Source: Pseudovirgaria hyperparasitica (Eukaryota). Taken from it: 64,000 bases of DNA. The notes beneath the pieces were generated by a model. The model saw only the letters and a program-made list of their open reading frames with translations, ran no database searches and was not told the origin of the DNA. Location: the NCBI GenBank assembly GCA_010093815.1, contig ML996570.1; one strand, 5' to 3'. Shown here piece after piece: positions 47,453 through 61,300 of the stretch (the stretch's first letter is position 1; every line of letters starts with the position of its first letter). Position numbers and translations under genes: made by a program.

Positions 47453-48643
47453 AGGACAACCTGTTGGGGGCATGACGTCACATAGACAGTCTGGCCAACT
47501 GTGTTGAAAGCTCGCATTCGAAGATCATACTAGATACCACTCAATTAGGTGGACCGAGTCACTGAGGTGGGGCAATCTCAGAGTAAAGTCGAGCCATTGT
47601 CAGGCCGGGCTCACGTTTGACACCAATTTAAATCACAACCATCACCACACATGCCGATGATATCTACGATCATTTTATACGACTCAGAGACTCACCAAGC
47701 CCTGCTGATTCTTTTTCGACATTCACACGTTGCGCTTTACAATTACACGCACATAGACTACTTCCAGACATACGATAGTAACCCCTAGAACGCCTCTACC
47801 CTTTTTTCGATAGACCGTTTTCTGTATCTTCCCATTTTCCTTCCATTCTCAATCGAGAAAACACCTCAGTCTGGTGTCCTGAGCTTAACATGTTTCCTTA
47901 CTTATTTACCTGCCATATCTTTCATTAAGCTGGAAAGCAAATTCTACCCTTGGATATCGTATCTGGAAGGGGTCTTATGAAGGGCGTTCTCGGTTCCTGT
48001 TTCTGGAGGCGCATTAGGTTAGCTTGTCATGAAACGTATTTGCGGCAAGGGATTGTAAACGGGGGAAGCAGGAACCATGGCGGATGATTTCTAGTTTGCA
48101 AGGTCAAAGGGTGGGCTAACAGGGGTATGCTGGACGGTTGAGTCCACCCAACCGCGCTGCTGAACTGATGTGATAGATGTGGATGGCGTTCGAAGCGATA
48201 TAGCTATTGGACTGCGTATCTTGTTGCGAGATATACTCCTTTTGCGCTTTTTCTGCGCAAAGTCTATGTTGTGAAGCTTTAACTTGACGTCAGTCCTGTG
48301 ATGTTGACTAAGTTACTGATGGCTTACGACCTGTACTGCGGGTGTTCATGCGTGCCCATCGTGCACGTGTGAGTGTCATTAATGGATCGACTGACCTAAT
48401 ACCTAGATGGTCACAGTGCTCACAGCCCGCCCTTGATGCCTTACCCATATTCCAGGCAGTACCATATGTGTGGATATTTCAGATTTATAATACATACTGG
48501 CTATATTCATAAACTCCTGAGCGATGTGCTGTATATCACGATATCATAATCGCCGTAGAAACCGTAACAGTCATCACTTTGGACCACGGTACTCCATCTT
48601 ATTTCGTTGTCGTCGTTGTTGCTGTATCGTCCATTTCGCACCT

Positions 48644-49473
48644 TTAGACGAGCCCCATGGCGAACAATCCAGCGAATGCGCCAACAACAAACGTCACGAA
48701 ACCACCGTCTAATGTTGTCGCTGCGACCGGATTCGCTGCGGCAGACGAACTGCTCGGTGCGGCAGTTGTACTCTGCGAAGTACTCTCACGATCCGTTGAA
48801 CTGGCCGCCGGTGTCGAGCTTGCTGGGGGCGTCGTTGCGTCGCCAGTCAAGTCATTTGTGACAATGATGGTCGGCTCCATGTTCGTCGGCGTCTCTACGG
48901 GGGTCTCACTGGGCATAGGCGTTTCCATAGGAGTCGAGCTAGGCATAGCTGATGGAGTCTGCTCGACTGATGTGGGCGGAGCGTTCGTGGGCTCGGGATC
49001 ACCCGTTATGGACGGCATCGGAAAGAGATTATCAGTTGCAGTAGTGGCGCAAAATCCGGATGAGGATGGGTTGCATGTTGAGCCTGGGTTGCAGCATATA
49101 TCGGAGAGATCACCGGAACAGAGGACGGCGGGAGACTCGCATGAAGCGCTGGCGCAAATGGCTTGAGAGGCCGCATTGAAAGAACATGGCGAGCCTGAAG
49201 GTATGGTTAGTAGTTGTTCAATCCTCAAAGTATTTGTGGCTTGGTCGCCGACGCTGGCCGGTGGGGCCTGAAAGAGAAGAACGTACCGCTTGGACAGCAA
49301 CCAAAATCGTTCGGACAGAGTGTATTTGTTGTTGCAGCGCACTGAGCTTGACGTTTGCCAAGGTGATCTGGAGCTCCCGTGATCATAGGATGACGGCCTG
49401 CGAAAACGGCGGCGAGAGAGACGTGAATGTAGGAGAGTAGCAGTAAGCTGCCAGCAATCGAATAGCGACCCAT
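48644..49473 (-). CDS. GPI-anchored Ser/Thr-rich cell-surface protein with Cys-rich N-terminal domain
   Basis: Signal peptide, KR site, CCPSG and CCNPG motifs, intron 49195-49286, S/T/P stalk, SSSAA omega region, hydrophobic C-terminus. Confidence 0.85.
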
Positions 49474-49934
49474 GATGATGAAATTACCAAAAGTGAGGTT
49501 CTGGAGATGTATTATGTACTTGACGGTTGTGGAGGTATTGTGTGAGATAGCTGCACGCGAATCTGGTATATAATAGCGTTCCTGTCCCCCGCATTCCTTA
49601 CAATAGAACTAGTAAGAGCCATCCGGACGGAACGACGGCATGTGTGTCCTGGGTTACGTACTACCTTTGTTAACAAGTGCACGACGGCCTCGGCGAAACG
49701 TGTGTGGCACATTGATTGACGGCTGCGAAGAGGCTTGATACAAATACGGCAGTCCGCATGGATTGTTAGTCCCAGAATAGCATGGTGGCCATGACTCTGC
49801 CGATTGGGGTCTAAGCAGGATCTTATGGCCGGGCCGCTCTGCACGTGAATACCAAGCACATCGGGAAAAGGATCTAGTGGTGATAATTGCTGACCAGGGT
49901 CATGTTGGTACTGCTAGATTGTAGCAGTACTAAT

Positions 49935-51947
49935 CTACAGATTTCCCCAACCAAATGCGTGTCTACCTTGCCACAACGTTAGGCCATAGTGGCAACCCCA
50001 AAGACCGGCAAAGAAACTGTACTCAATCATAGTACAAAGTGCCCAGTTGCTGGCTGCAGTAACGATAACGCCAAGCCTGAGGTTTCGGAATAGATTGAGC
50101 CAGAAAGACAATGTATGGAAAGCTGTCGGACCTGTTGAGCCCGCTATCGGGGTATTAATGAAATATAAGGCGTAAAAGTTGGTAGTGATGATGCGCGATG
50201 GCAGGTACAGCAACTCTCTTTCGAGGAAGATATGTATAAAGTGAGCAAGTAGTTTAGAGGGACCCCGAGACAGATCTGTGGCTCGATTGTGTTCTGTCTC
50301 TTCCTCGAGATGCGGTGCCGGGATTTCGATCTCCAGTTCGAGATAGCCGCGGTCATTATCCCTTGACGTGATCCGGACTGACGGTTGTGTATTGGCAGTG
50401 GAAGTGTCGACATTGGCACGGGCCGATGAAGGTAGTGCTGCCTCATGTGGAGGGTTCTGAAGTGTTTCCGGGACATTAGATCCTGATCCCTGCAAGCCAT
50501 GTAATTCGTCCTCCCAGTCATCCCTAGACCTGTCCGCGGTTTCTTGACCGTGTAGCACATCTATGTTTGACTGCGACATTAGTAATGAATCAGAAGGCTG
50601 ATGACTAGCTTCGAATATGACAGTCCTTCTAGGAATTTGATGTCCCCAGCCAAAGAACCTAAGAACACGGGAGAGTGATGGGAGGTTCTTGGTGAGGCGC
50701 AGTTCAGCACGCTGCTGTCTTCGTTTCTGTGCAACTGTTCTACCAACTTCATTGGGATGAACAAGGGCCAAAGCTAGATCATCCTCTGAGATGCGGGTTA
50801 TCGATCTTAGAACAGTATTGCCGATATAACGTACAACATTGTGTACCACAATGGGAGACAGTAGTATTTGCTGCCAGCTCCGGAAGCTTGGAAAGGGCGA
50901 CAGTGCTGAGCCTGGCTTCCATGCCGATATGGATGGTAGAAGTGATGATAATAGTCCCGTTTGAACGAGAACCGAGTGGTAGAGCATCGGCGCGCAAAGA
51001 GAGTTCACAAACAAATCGCCACTGCGAAAGCGTTAGCATCTAATTATTCGAAACAGATTTAGATCGTACATCAGACTTGTAAGGACTAATGGGCCAGCCA
51101 CATTATGCTTCTTGAAACCCAGAGTTGATAGAACAGAGTCAAACAAGCCCCTCCATAACCAAGACAGACATTCAACACCTGTAGGCACAATACCAGCACC
51201 TATGAAATGGCAGAGAAATGAACGGGAGACCGGACGGAAGCTACGATTATACTCCTCGACAAGGATTTGCATGAATGTCATATCAGAGGAAGCCCATTTA
51301 ACCTATCAAATTGTCAATCGTTATCAAGGGAATGGTAGCGAGACTCCCTACCGCAAATCGAGTCTTCATTACAACTGCCCACCAGCTAAATGGTATGGAA
51401 GCAAATGTAATGCCGTCCATGAGCACTTCGGCATACTCATTTTCCATGCGTTCGACTGAGTGACTCTGTGTGTTCGAAGATCCATCCCTGTGCAAAGGCC
51501 ACTTCCGTTCAACGGCGCCAATTGCCGCGAGCACATCGTTTTGTGCTTCTCGCAGGCGTTTCCCTAGTTCATGTGATCTATGATTGACGGGGTGTCCTCT
51601 TGTGTCATATTGCTGCACATAGGTCCTGTTGGCTTGGCCGTGAACATCTCTATCATGATCGTTACACGCTTCGGCCACTGGAAATGGAACTAAGTCTGGA
51701 TCTGGAGGCTCAAAAGCTGATCGGCCCTGGTATCGTCAGTCGCGCTCGAGACATTTGCATTTTCATGCAGTGAGGTCGATGGAAGGATTAGATTGTGGCA
51801 AGTCAAACGCGTGAGTCGCAGCTTCTTCGTTGACTCAGCTAGCTACTACTTTGTGCGCGTTGGAATTATTATGTCGACGATTTCAAGGTTTAATAGGCAA
51901 GGTGTACTCACAAAGGCAAGGCGGGATAGGTACACTTGTCTGCCCAT
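49935..51947 (-). CDS. Conserved fungal hypothetical membrane protein
   Basis: Exon 1 MGRQVYLSRLAF (51947-51912), intron 51727-51911, then GRSAFEP...YDTRGHPVN...AQNDVL. Two more introns link the remaining ORFs in frame. Confidence 0.75.
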
Positions 51948-52112
51948 GTCTCCCTATCTGGGTAGTGCGTGTGTCATGGTTCGCTACTTATAATCTCACA
52001 CTTTTTCGTTGACTCTCTGTACGAGCACTAAGGTTGATGTCTGTTCGAGGCTCTGATACCCAGTCCTATGGGCATATTCGCACTAAAATACTAGCGTCAC
52101 TATACCTAAGCA

Positions 52113-52155
52113 CTAACCCTAATTTTGACCCGATTATCGATAAGGAACATTTTTT
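52113..52155. promoter_or_regulatory. Candidate motifs in the divergent promoter of UTP13
   Basis: Telobox-like CTAACCCTAA (52113-52122), palindrome TTATCGATAA (52134-52143), AACATTTTTT tract. Confidence 0.4.
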
Positions 52156-52312
52156 AGATCAACGTCTACAAGGAATGAAGACATAACTTTGCGCCCATTA
52201 CATCAGCTCTCATACCCACGATCCGACATACAACCCATCTGATGGAAATTATCACACGTAGGTAGTAGCTAGTCTCGAATACTTAGAGAGTCAAAAATAG
52301 GCACAACCTACT

Positions 52313-55119
52313 ATGGCGCATCGCCCGACCGTCAAAACGACCTACGCACAAAGCCGAACAATACAACCAATATATACTGGTGGTAGTATAGATCTCAATG
52401 AGGAAGGTAGCATTCTTGCGACATGCTTGGGAGAAGATGTTCTTATTACGAACCTTAGTTCAGGTCAGGAGCTTGCACGTATTGAAGGCGTAAGTGGCCA
52501 TGCTATAGAGCATCGTGTCTATGTCCTGACGTTGACCAATAGTGTAGGACGGTGAGGTAATAACCAGCCTCGTATGTGAGTAAATTCTGTTCAATATATA
52601 GACCATTTGACTAATCTCTTTTAGTGACGCCAAAGTCAACGCAATTGATCATATGTTCACGATCCTTATCCATGCGGATATACTCACTGCGCAAAGATGA
52701 GTCCCTTGAGGAGAGACTTGTCGCAGAACTCAAATACACACTCAAACCACATACAGCTCCTGTTGTTACTACTGCTGTGAATCGGCATGGATCGCACCTT
52801 GCTACAGGTGGTGCAGATGGAATTGTGAAGATATGGGACATTCAAGGAGGGTTCAATACACATAACTTTCACGGTCATGGAGGTTTAGTCACTGCACTAC
52901 ACTTCTTTGAGGTTGAATCGCCAGCGGTCGGGACGGAGAAGACATCCGATAAGCGAAGGAAGACTCTGGATGAGCAAGCTGGTATTCGACTTGCTTCAGG
53001 AGCAGAGGATGGAAAGATAAGAATCTGGAACCTGTCAGAAAAGTCTAAAGCATCAAGTGTGGCGACACTTGATTCTCATGTAACGGTTGTGAGGAGCATT
53101 GACTTCTCACCGGAAGAGAATGCACTCGTGTCCGCAAGTCGCGACAAGACAATGGTTGTTTGGGATGCCAGAACATGGAAACCCAGGATCACGGTTCCAA
53201 TACTGGAAAGTCTCGAAGCTGTTGGATTCATGCAAGCTGGAACAGTGGTCTATACTGGAGGCGAGAACGGGCATGTCCGACTGTGGGCTACAGATGGCGG
53301 GCGCGAATTGACGGGAGCTCAAGAGCCCTGTTCCGAGACCGATGCTATTGTCAATATCCTGCACCGGCAAGATGTTGTACTCTCTGTGCATGCAGATCAA
53401 ACATTGGTTCTCCTGTCCAAGGCTTCACTAGCCCAACTTGACAGAAGTAAAATGATAAAGCCTCTAGAAGTCATCAGAAGGATATCTGGAACGCACGATG
53501 AAGTCATTGATCTTGCGTATGTAGGAAAAGATCGGTCATGTCTAGCTCTTGCGACTAACCTTGAGGATATTCGAATCATATCGGTAGCCGAACCAGGGAA
53601 GTCAAACACACAGCATGATAGCTTACATTTTGGATCAGACATTGCGCTCTTGAAGGGACACGAGGACATCATTATATGCCTTGATGTTGACTGGTCTGGG
53701 CACTGGCTAGCAACAGGGGCAAAAGACAATACAGCTCGACTTTGGCGACTCGACCCTCAGGGAAAATCGTTCACTTGTTATGCAACGTTTACCGGCCATG
53801 CTGAATCGCTTGGAGCCATAGCATTACCACACACAGTTCCGGCTATAAGCTCTCAGGCATACTCACACCCGCTCGAGCACCCACCGTCTTTTCTGATAAC
53901 TGGCTCTCAAGACAAGACTGTCAAGCGATGGGATGTGTCCAAGTCAGATAACAGCAAGTCTTCACGAGCAGTATATACACGTAAAGCGCACGACAAAGAC
54001 ATCAACGCCTTGGATACGTCTCCGAACGATTGTCTGTTCGCCTCAGCATCTCAGGACCGGACAGTCAAGATCTGGGACACAGAGTCAGGAGAAACTATTG
54101 GTGTCCTTCGAGGCCATCGACGAGGTGTTTGGACTGTCAAATTTGCGCCCACCGGTATACCATCCATCGAAGGAGGCGGGACGCGTGGAGTGATAGCCAC
54201 AGGCAGTGGAGATAAGACTGTCAAAATTTGGAGCCTAGAAAATTACAACTGTCTACATACCTTTGAAGGCCACTCGAACAGCGTATTGAAGGTGATTTGG
54301 CTACCTATCAAGGTAATTGATGCGCGAGACAGACGAGGAGCACAAGTAGCATCGGCAGCTGGTGATGGTCTTGTCAAAATATGGGATACTCAATCAGGAG
54401 AAGAGGAATGCACGTTGGACAACCACATTGATCGCGTATGGGCTCTTACTGTGAACCCAGAGACCAATGTTGTTGCATCTGGTGCCGCAGATAGTGTCAT
54501 CACGTTCTGGAACGACACAACCAGCACAACAGTATCAGAAGCTGTGACCCGTGCGACAGAACGCGTCGAGCAAGATCAAAAATTACAGAACCTGATACAC
54601 TCCTCGAACTACCGGGAAGCCATCGTCCTCGCACTTCAGCTCAATCACCCAGCACGCCTATTCTCTTTGTTTCAATCAGTTGTGGAGTCCGACCCTCACG
54701 ATGAAGGCTCTATGTCTGGTCGTCTTGCAGTAGACGAGGTGCTTGGGTCACTAGCGGATGAACAGTTATTTCACTTACTCATGAGACTGCGCGACTGGAA
54801 TGCAAGCGCTAAGACATGCCAGGTTGCCCAGCGCATATTGTGGACAATTGTCAGAACCTATGATGCAGAAAGACTTGCTAGCATTAGGAGCAGAACTAAG
54901 GGAAGGGAACAAGTACAGATGAGAGATCTGCTTGATGGCATAAAAGCGTATACCGAGAGACATTTCAAACGTCTGGAAGAGATGATAGACGAAAGCTTCC
55001 TCGTGGACTTTACCTTGGCGCAAATGGATGGCTTGGGTCTTGTGAGGAACGTCATTAAAGGAAATTCTGACAGCGCAGGAAACCCGAGTGGCGTTGACGA
55101 TATAATCATGGTTGAATAA
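52313..55119 (+). CDS. UTP13: U3 snoRNP/SSU processome WD40 protein Utp13 (TBL3)
   Basis: Many WD40 repeats and the C-terminal Utp13 domain (LRDWNA, AYTERHFKR). Introns 52490-52547 and 52576-52624. Confidence 0.93.
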
Positions 55120-55679
55120 GTAGAATATCTACCTCTGGTGTAAACATAAAATCATATCAGTTTCGTGCACGTGAAATTCATATATGTATAACTTGTGGAG
55201 TGATAGTCATCATTTGTATGCTATATAAACTCGTAAAATACTCCATACACTACATTGGTATCTCGATATCAGTACATTGTTGTGCCACCAATGGTACGAT
55301 GTTAACGCTGGGTACGAGTAGTCACCGATTGCTCTCGTAAACCACACTCAATTCTCATAACTCTAACCGTTCCTATAGCTCAAAAAATAAACCACATTCT
55401 GGGTAAGATTGAAAGAAAAGATATTCCGATCTGTATTCTGCTAAATATTTAAAGTATATGAATAAAGTTAGGTATAGTTACGGATTTCTTTAGTGAGGTC
55501 TTGACCTAAAAAGAGCCTACCCGTCGGCGTTATTGTGTTATGATTGGCCGAAGTCGAGCGCTAGCGGTCGATATCCGGCATCGAAATTTTGAGGTCGCGC
55601 GTCGGTATAATATTAGAGAAGGGAGACAACTTTGAACAACCAAGCTCCAAACCCCTACTAAAGCCTTGAGATACGCATC

Positions 55680-57427
55680 ATGGTTTGTTGTGTTATCTTG
55701 ATGTTCGAAGCATGAGCTAACTCCACACACAGTCTCAGAATCCTACTCAGATCTTCGCGGACGATGTCACGGAGGAGAAAGGCGAGAATGCGCGTCTTTC
55801 AGCTTTTGTTGGTGCTATAGCCGTCGGTGATCTTGTCAAAAGCACGCTGGGTCCGAAAGGCATGGACAAGATCTTACAGTCTGCGTAAGTGTACCGGGGA
55901 CGCATACGATAAGACTATATTCTCACAACTATTGGCAGGTCTACGGGCGAAATCATGGTCACGAACGACGGTGCCACCATCCTCAAGTCAATCGCACTGG
56001 ATAATGCTGCTGCGAAAGTCCTAGTAAATATCTCAAAAGTACAAGACGACGAGGTCGGTGATGGCACTACGTCAGTAGCTGTACTTGCTGCGGAACTGTT
56101 ACGCGAGGCGGAATTCCTCGTGAACCAGAAGATTCACCCACAAACGATCATCGAAGGCTATAGGATAGCAAGCCATGCTGCACTGAAGGCGCTCGAGAAT
56201 GAAGCTGTGGATCATAGCAAAGATCCAATCGCGTTCCGTAAAGATCTCATCGCAATTGCGCGGACTACGCTCAGTTCGAAAGTTCTCAGTCAAGATCGCG
56301 AACATTTTGCGGAGCTAGCGGTGGATGCTGTTCTTAGGATGCAAGGCTCGACTGATTTGACGCATATACAGATCATTAAGAAGGCAGGAGGAAAGCTGAG
56401 GGAGTCATATCTCGATGAGGGGTTCATCCTGGACAAGAGATTTGGTGTCAACCAGCCGAAGCGGATAGAGAATGCCAAAATTCTAGTCGCGAACACATCC
56501 ATGGATACAGATAAAATCAAGATATTCGGCGCGAGGGTAAAGGTAGACTCCACAGGCAAGCTCGCTGAGCTGGAGAAGGCCGAAAGGGAAAAGATGAAAG
56601 GCAAGGTCGATCGCATTAAGGCCCACGGAATCAACTGTTTTGTGAACAGGCAGCTCATCTACAACTGGCCCGAGCAGCTCTTCGCCGATGCCGGGGTATC
56701 GTCCATCGAACACGCAGACTTTGATGGAGTCGAACGACTAGCTTTAGTGACGGGAGGAGAAATCACATCAACCTTCGATCACCCCGAACAGGTCAAACTC
56801 GGACACTGTGATCTGATTGAGGAGGTGATAATTGGAGAAGACACATTGATAAAGTTCTCGGGCTGCGCCGCAGGTAAGGCATGCACTGTGGTTCTACGCG
56901 GAGCTACCGAGCAACTACTTGACGAGGCAGAGCGATCTCTGCACGATGCCCTTGCCGTGCTATCACAGACAGTCAAAGAGCCGAAGGTTACACTGGGAGG
57001 AGGATGTGCGGAGATGGTTATGGCTAAGGCGGTTGACCAAGCATCTCAAAACGTGGCAGGCAAGAAGGCACTAGCAGTCGATTCGTTTTCGAAAGCTTTA
57101 AGGCAACTCCCTACAATTCTCGCAGACAATGCCGGTTTTGACTCTAGCGATCTTGTGGCACGGCTCCGCAAAGCAGTCTATTCTGGCATGACCAATTCCG
57201 GGCTAGACATGCTCTCTCCAGGTGGAGGCATCGCAGACATGCGTGAACTTGGTGTGATCGAGAGCTACAAGCTCAAGCGCGCGGTGGTATCGTCGGCATC
57301 AGAAGCCGCAGAAGTAAGTTTGATTAATATGAAACTCTGCCCACGGAGAGGATTAACAAGATACCAGCTACTCTTGAGAGTCGACAATATCATCAGAAGC
57401 GCACCACGGAAGCGTGATCGCATGTGA
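55680..57427 (+). CDS. CCT2: Chaperonin CCT/TRiC subunit beta
   Basis: First coding exon is ATG only; introns 55683-55732, 55885-55938 and 57314-57367. Motifs [36 protein letters not shown]. Confidence 0.97.
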
Positions 57428-58357
57428 GGAGATGTTATGGAGTCAAAACGTCAACACGACGGACCTGGACAGGGGACTTGTGCGCATTGTGGTGAAAGTA
57501 CGGTACCTTTCGTGCCAAAGGCAAAGTAGCATCGGCAATCATTTCTTCATTGCATGCCGGCAAGCGCAGAATAATAATGTCTCTCCGTAGGCGACTTTAG
57601 AAGATACCATGTAGACCGAAAGTCACACAGTCCACGCTCCAAGTTACAGAGACTTTAATTGCATATGCGATATGCTGTATGAGATATAACTAGATCCGAC
57701 CTCTTCACTCTCAATCAATCTGGAGCAATATGCACGTACTACAATGCAACATGCTGGTCGTATCGTCAGGACTGTACCAGTCGCTGGTTGGAGTACAAAT
57801 TTCATTCAGAGGTTGGATCAGCAATGCTAAAAATGCATCACACAGCGTTAAAATGCCGATTCACCCCTTTCGTCGCGCTCACCGGATTGCTCCATTTTGG
57901 CAAACGTTAGAGTGGCCATTACTAGCTGCGTCTGAAGAACACCTAACGTGTTATTCTGAGTTCATTCGATCTTTGCAGACTTAACAGAAGTTAGCAGCAT
58001 CATGGCGAGTGAATGTGTCCTGACGTGAGAGCAGCGCGATGAAACAGAGGGAAGATGTAGGGCTCTGATGGTGATCCGTGGGTGACAGGCGGGCTAGAAA
58101 AACCACCTGGCGGATTGGTTGGCCTGACCTGAGACGAGCGAACGCGATTCCAGAGTGTTCGCTAATAATGCTCCGCCTCTCCAACCACAAAACCTCCTCA
58201 TTTGCTTCTTATACCTCACCCTTCACGTAGCGCAACGGCAATCCCAACGTCCATCACATTTATTACCCCTGGTCTGATGCTACATCCTCCGAATACTTCT
58301 AGCCTACCGCAGGCTCGACTCTCGAAACCGTAGTGCCGTCGAACTGAACCTACCAAA

Positions 58358-61300
58358 ATGCCGCGAGGCCGACCTCGCAATCTAACCCCAACTCTCAGCT
58401 CCTCGTTGTTGACAGTCCTCCTCCTTTCTTCGCTTTCGACATTCGCCGCGACCGCTCCGCAGCAGCAACCGCAAGATGGCATTCCATTCGTCGGACAACA
58501 TCACATAGTAGATACGGTAAGCCCGGATCAACATACCCACGCGGGCCGCATACCGTACCAACAGAAACGCAATCTCCCAGTAGCCGCACAGAATGAGCGC
58601 GCCGTTGCAACTCTGCCCTCTGCTCCAGCAGTCTCGCTTGCTGCCGTACATAGAGCGCCTTCCAGTTCTACCGCCGCTGGTGGTATTATCACGCGACCAG
58701 ACAGTGCGCGGAATCTCCAGGACTGGGAGGTAGAGGACTTTGTTCTCTTGGCGACCGTTGACGGTCAGATTCATGCAAGAGATAGAGAGACGGGCCAGGA
58801 GAGATGGTCCCTTTACGTTGGACGCCCGATGGTAGAAACAACGTATAGCAAGAACAAAAGCTCTGATCCTGACGTGGAGTCCCAAGAGATGCCCTTTATA
58901 TGGATTGTGGAGCCTAGTCAAGATGGGAACATCTATGTTTATACGCCTCAAGCCAACTCGATGCAAAAGTTAGATGTTACCGTCCAGATGTTAGCCGAGA
59001 TGTCGCCTTGGTCAACCAGTGATCCCCCTATGGTATACACTGCCGAAAAACGAACGACACTTTACACTATCGATGCTCGAAGTGGGAATGTCCTGCGGCG
59101 GTTCAGCTCAGGGGGCTCGACCACGTACAACACCACCAAATGTGATCGTACCACAGGATTTGAACCTTCGAACAAGGAATGTGTAGGTTCCTTGACATTG
59201 GGTCAGATCGAGTACACCGTCAGCATACAGAACAGAGACACGGGCGAGGATATATGTACCATCAACTTCTTCGAGTGGAGTCACAACAAGAAAGACAATG
59301 ATCTGTACGACCAATACTTGTCTACAATGGACAATAAGTACGTGTACAGCAAGTATGACGGTACCATATTCGCACTAGATCATACACAGCACCGTAAGAT
59401 CTACCCGCAGCGTCCTGTATATACGCGCAAGCTCGATTCGCCCGTAGTTCGGGTCTTCGACGTCGCCCGACCGTACCATGATGACTCTCCTGATCCACCT
59501 CTTCTCCTCCTACCGCAACCACATTCAAATGTCGAGAATGAAGGGAAGGATATATGGGTCAATTGTACGGAGGCTGGCTCGTGGTACGCGATGTCAGAGT
59601 TCAATTATCCCGCTGTAACCGATGGAGCTTCCGAGGCGAAATGCTATCATCCTGAACAGCCATTTTTGTCTTGGTCTGAAGATACCAAATCGTTTTCGTC
59701 TAGGAAATCCTTGGTCGGCGTGCACTCCCTAGCTAATGAATTAGAGAAGATTGAGTATCCGGATGTGCCATTCATTGAGGCTGGGCCGTCCAAAGAAACT
59801 CAACGACCCACAGAGCCAGAAGTACCTTCAGACACCGCGCCTTTCGGCGCAGTTTCAACAGCAAAGTCATCCTTGACCATTCTTTTCTTGGCGATTTTAG
59901 TCCCTCTATGTTTGGCTTTGGCTCCAAAGGACGTTGTGAAGCAGATGTCACGAGACATACTGGGAAAGGTACATGTCAGTCCCGAAAAGAGCGACTCCTG
60001 CGGTCCAACTTTCCAAGAGCAACCGATCACCGTGGACCCTTGCATATCAGAGGATGTAGACGAGTCGAAACCTCGAGTTCATTTCGCCGACGAAGCTAAC
60101 CGCTCTATGGAAAGCGGTAATTCTCATCAAGTCACAGTCGTCAAGACTGTAAGCTCTTCTCACGAAGATAGCGACGACATCCAACAAGGCTCAACTCATG
60201 CTCCAAAAAATTCGAACAGTGAAGACTCAGCTCATGAAAACGATGAACGCAAACCCAATGGAGATGACGCAGATCCTGATGCGACCCCTAAAAAGAAGAA
60301 GGCCCATAGAGGGCAAAGAGGTGGAAGAAAACGCAGGAAACCTACGAAGAGTGGCATCGACGATATAGCGGCCGAGCAAGACGATATCGCGAAAATCATT
60401 GAACAAGCCAAAAATGTGGAGTTGGAAAGTGGATTGCACCCTGATGAAATCACAATCAATGGTCGCAGTAGTGTCACAGACATTTCTGGCCCCATTCAAC
60501 TTGGAAAACTGACAATCTACACCGATCGGATTCTGGGCAATGGAAGTGGCGGTACGTTTGTCTTTGAGGGCAAATGGAAGGAAAGAGACGTAGCAATCAA
60601 ACGTATGCTGCCGCAGTATTTTGGTCTGGCCGAGCAAGAAGTGTCTCTTCTCCAACAAAGCGACCTCCATCCAAACGTCATTCGTTACTTCGATGATGAG
60701 CGAGACCAGAATTTTCTTTACATCGCCGTCGAGCTTTGTCAGGCTAGCTTGTGGGACTTGTATCGCGAAGCAGGAAGTGGGGAACCATTGACCGATGAAC
60801 AACACGCACTTGTCACACAGATCAATAGCGATGTTCCAACAGTCCTAAAACAGCTCGCAGCTGGACTTGCCCATCTGCACAGCCTCCGCATTATTCATCG
60901 CGATATAAAACCACAGAACATTCTGATAGCATATCCACACAAAGGCCATAAAGGAGGACCACGTTTGGTGATTTCAGACTTTGGTCTCTGCAAGACTCTT
61001 CCCGACAATGTCAGCACTCTCATAGGCACGACAAATAATGCAGGAACAATCGGGTGGAAGGCCCCAGAACTCATTCTGCAGCCTAAAGAGAATGAGCGCA
61101 ATAGCGCGAGCGCGGCACACAGCCGTGATTCAACGAGCTCGACCGACCTAGTCTCAGGTGTCAAACGTGCTGTCGACATATTCTCTTTAGGATGCGTGTT
61201 TTATTACGTTCTCACGAATGGCTCGCATCCTTTCGATGATGAAGAGGGCTGGGCGCAAGTTCGCGAGCTCAATATTAAGAAGAACAAGTTTAACTTCAGT

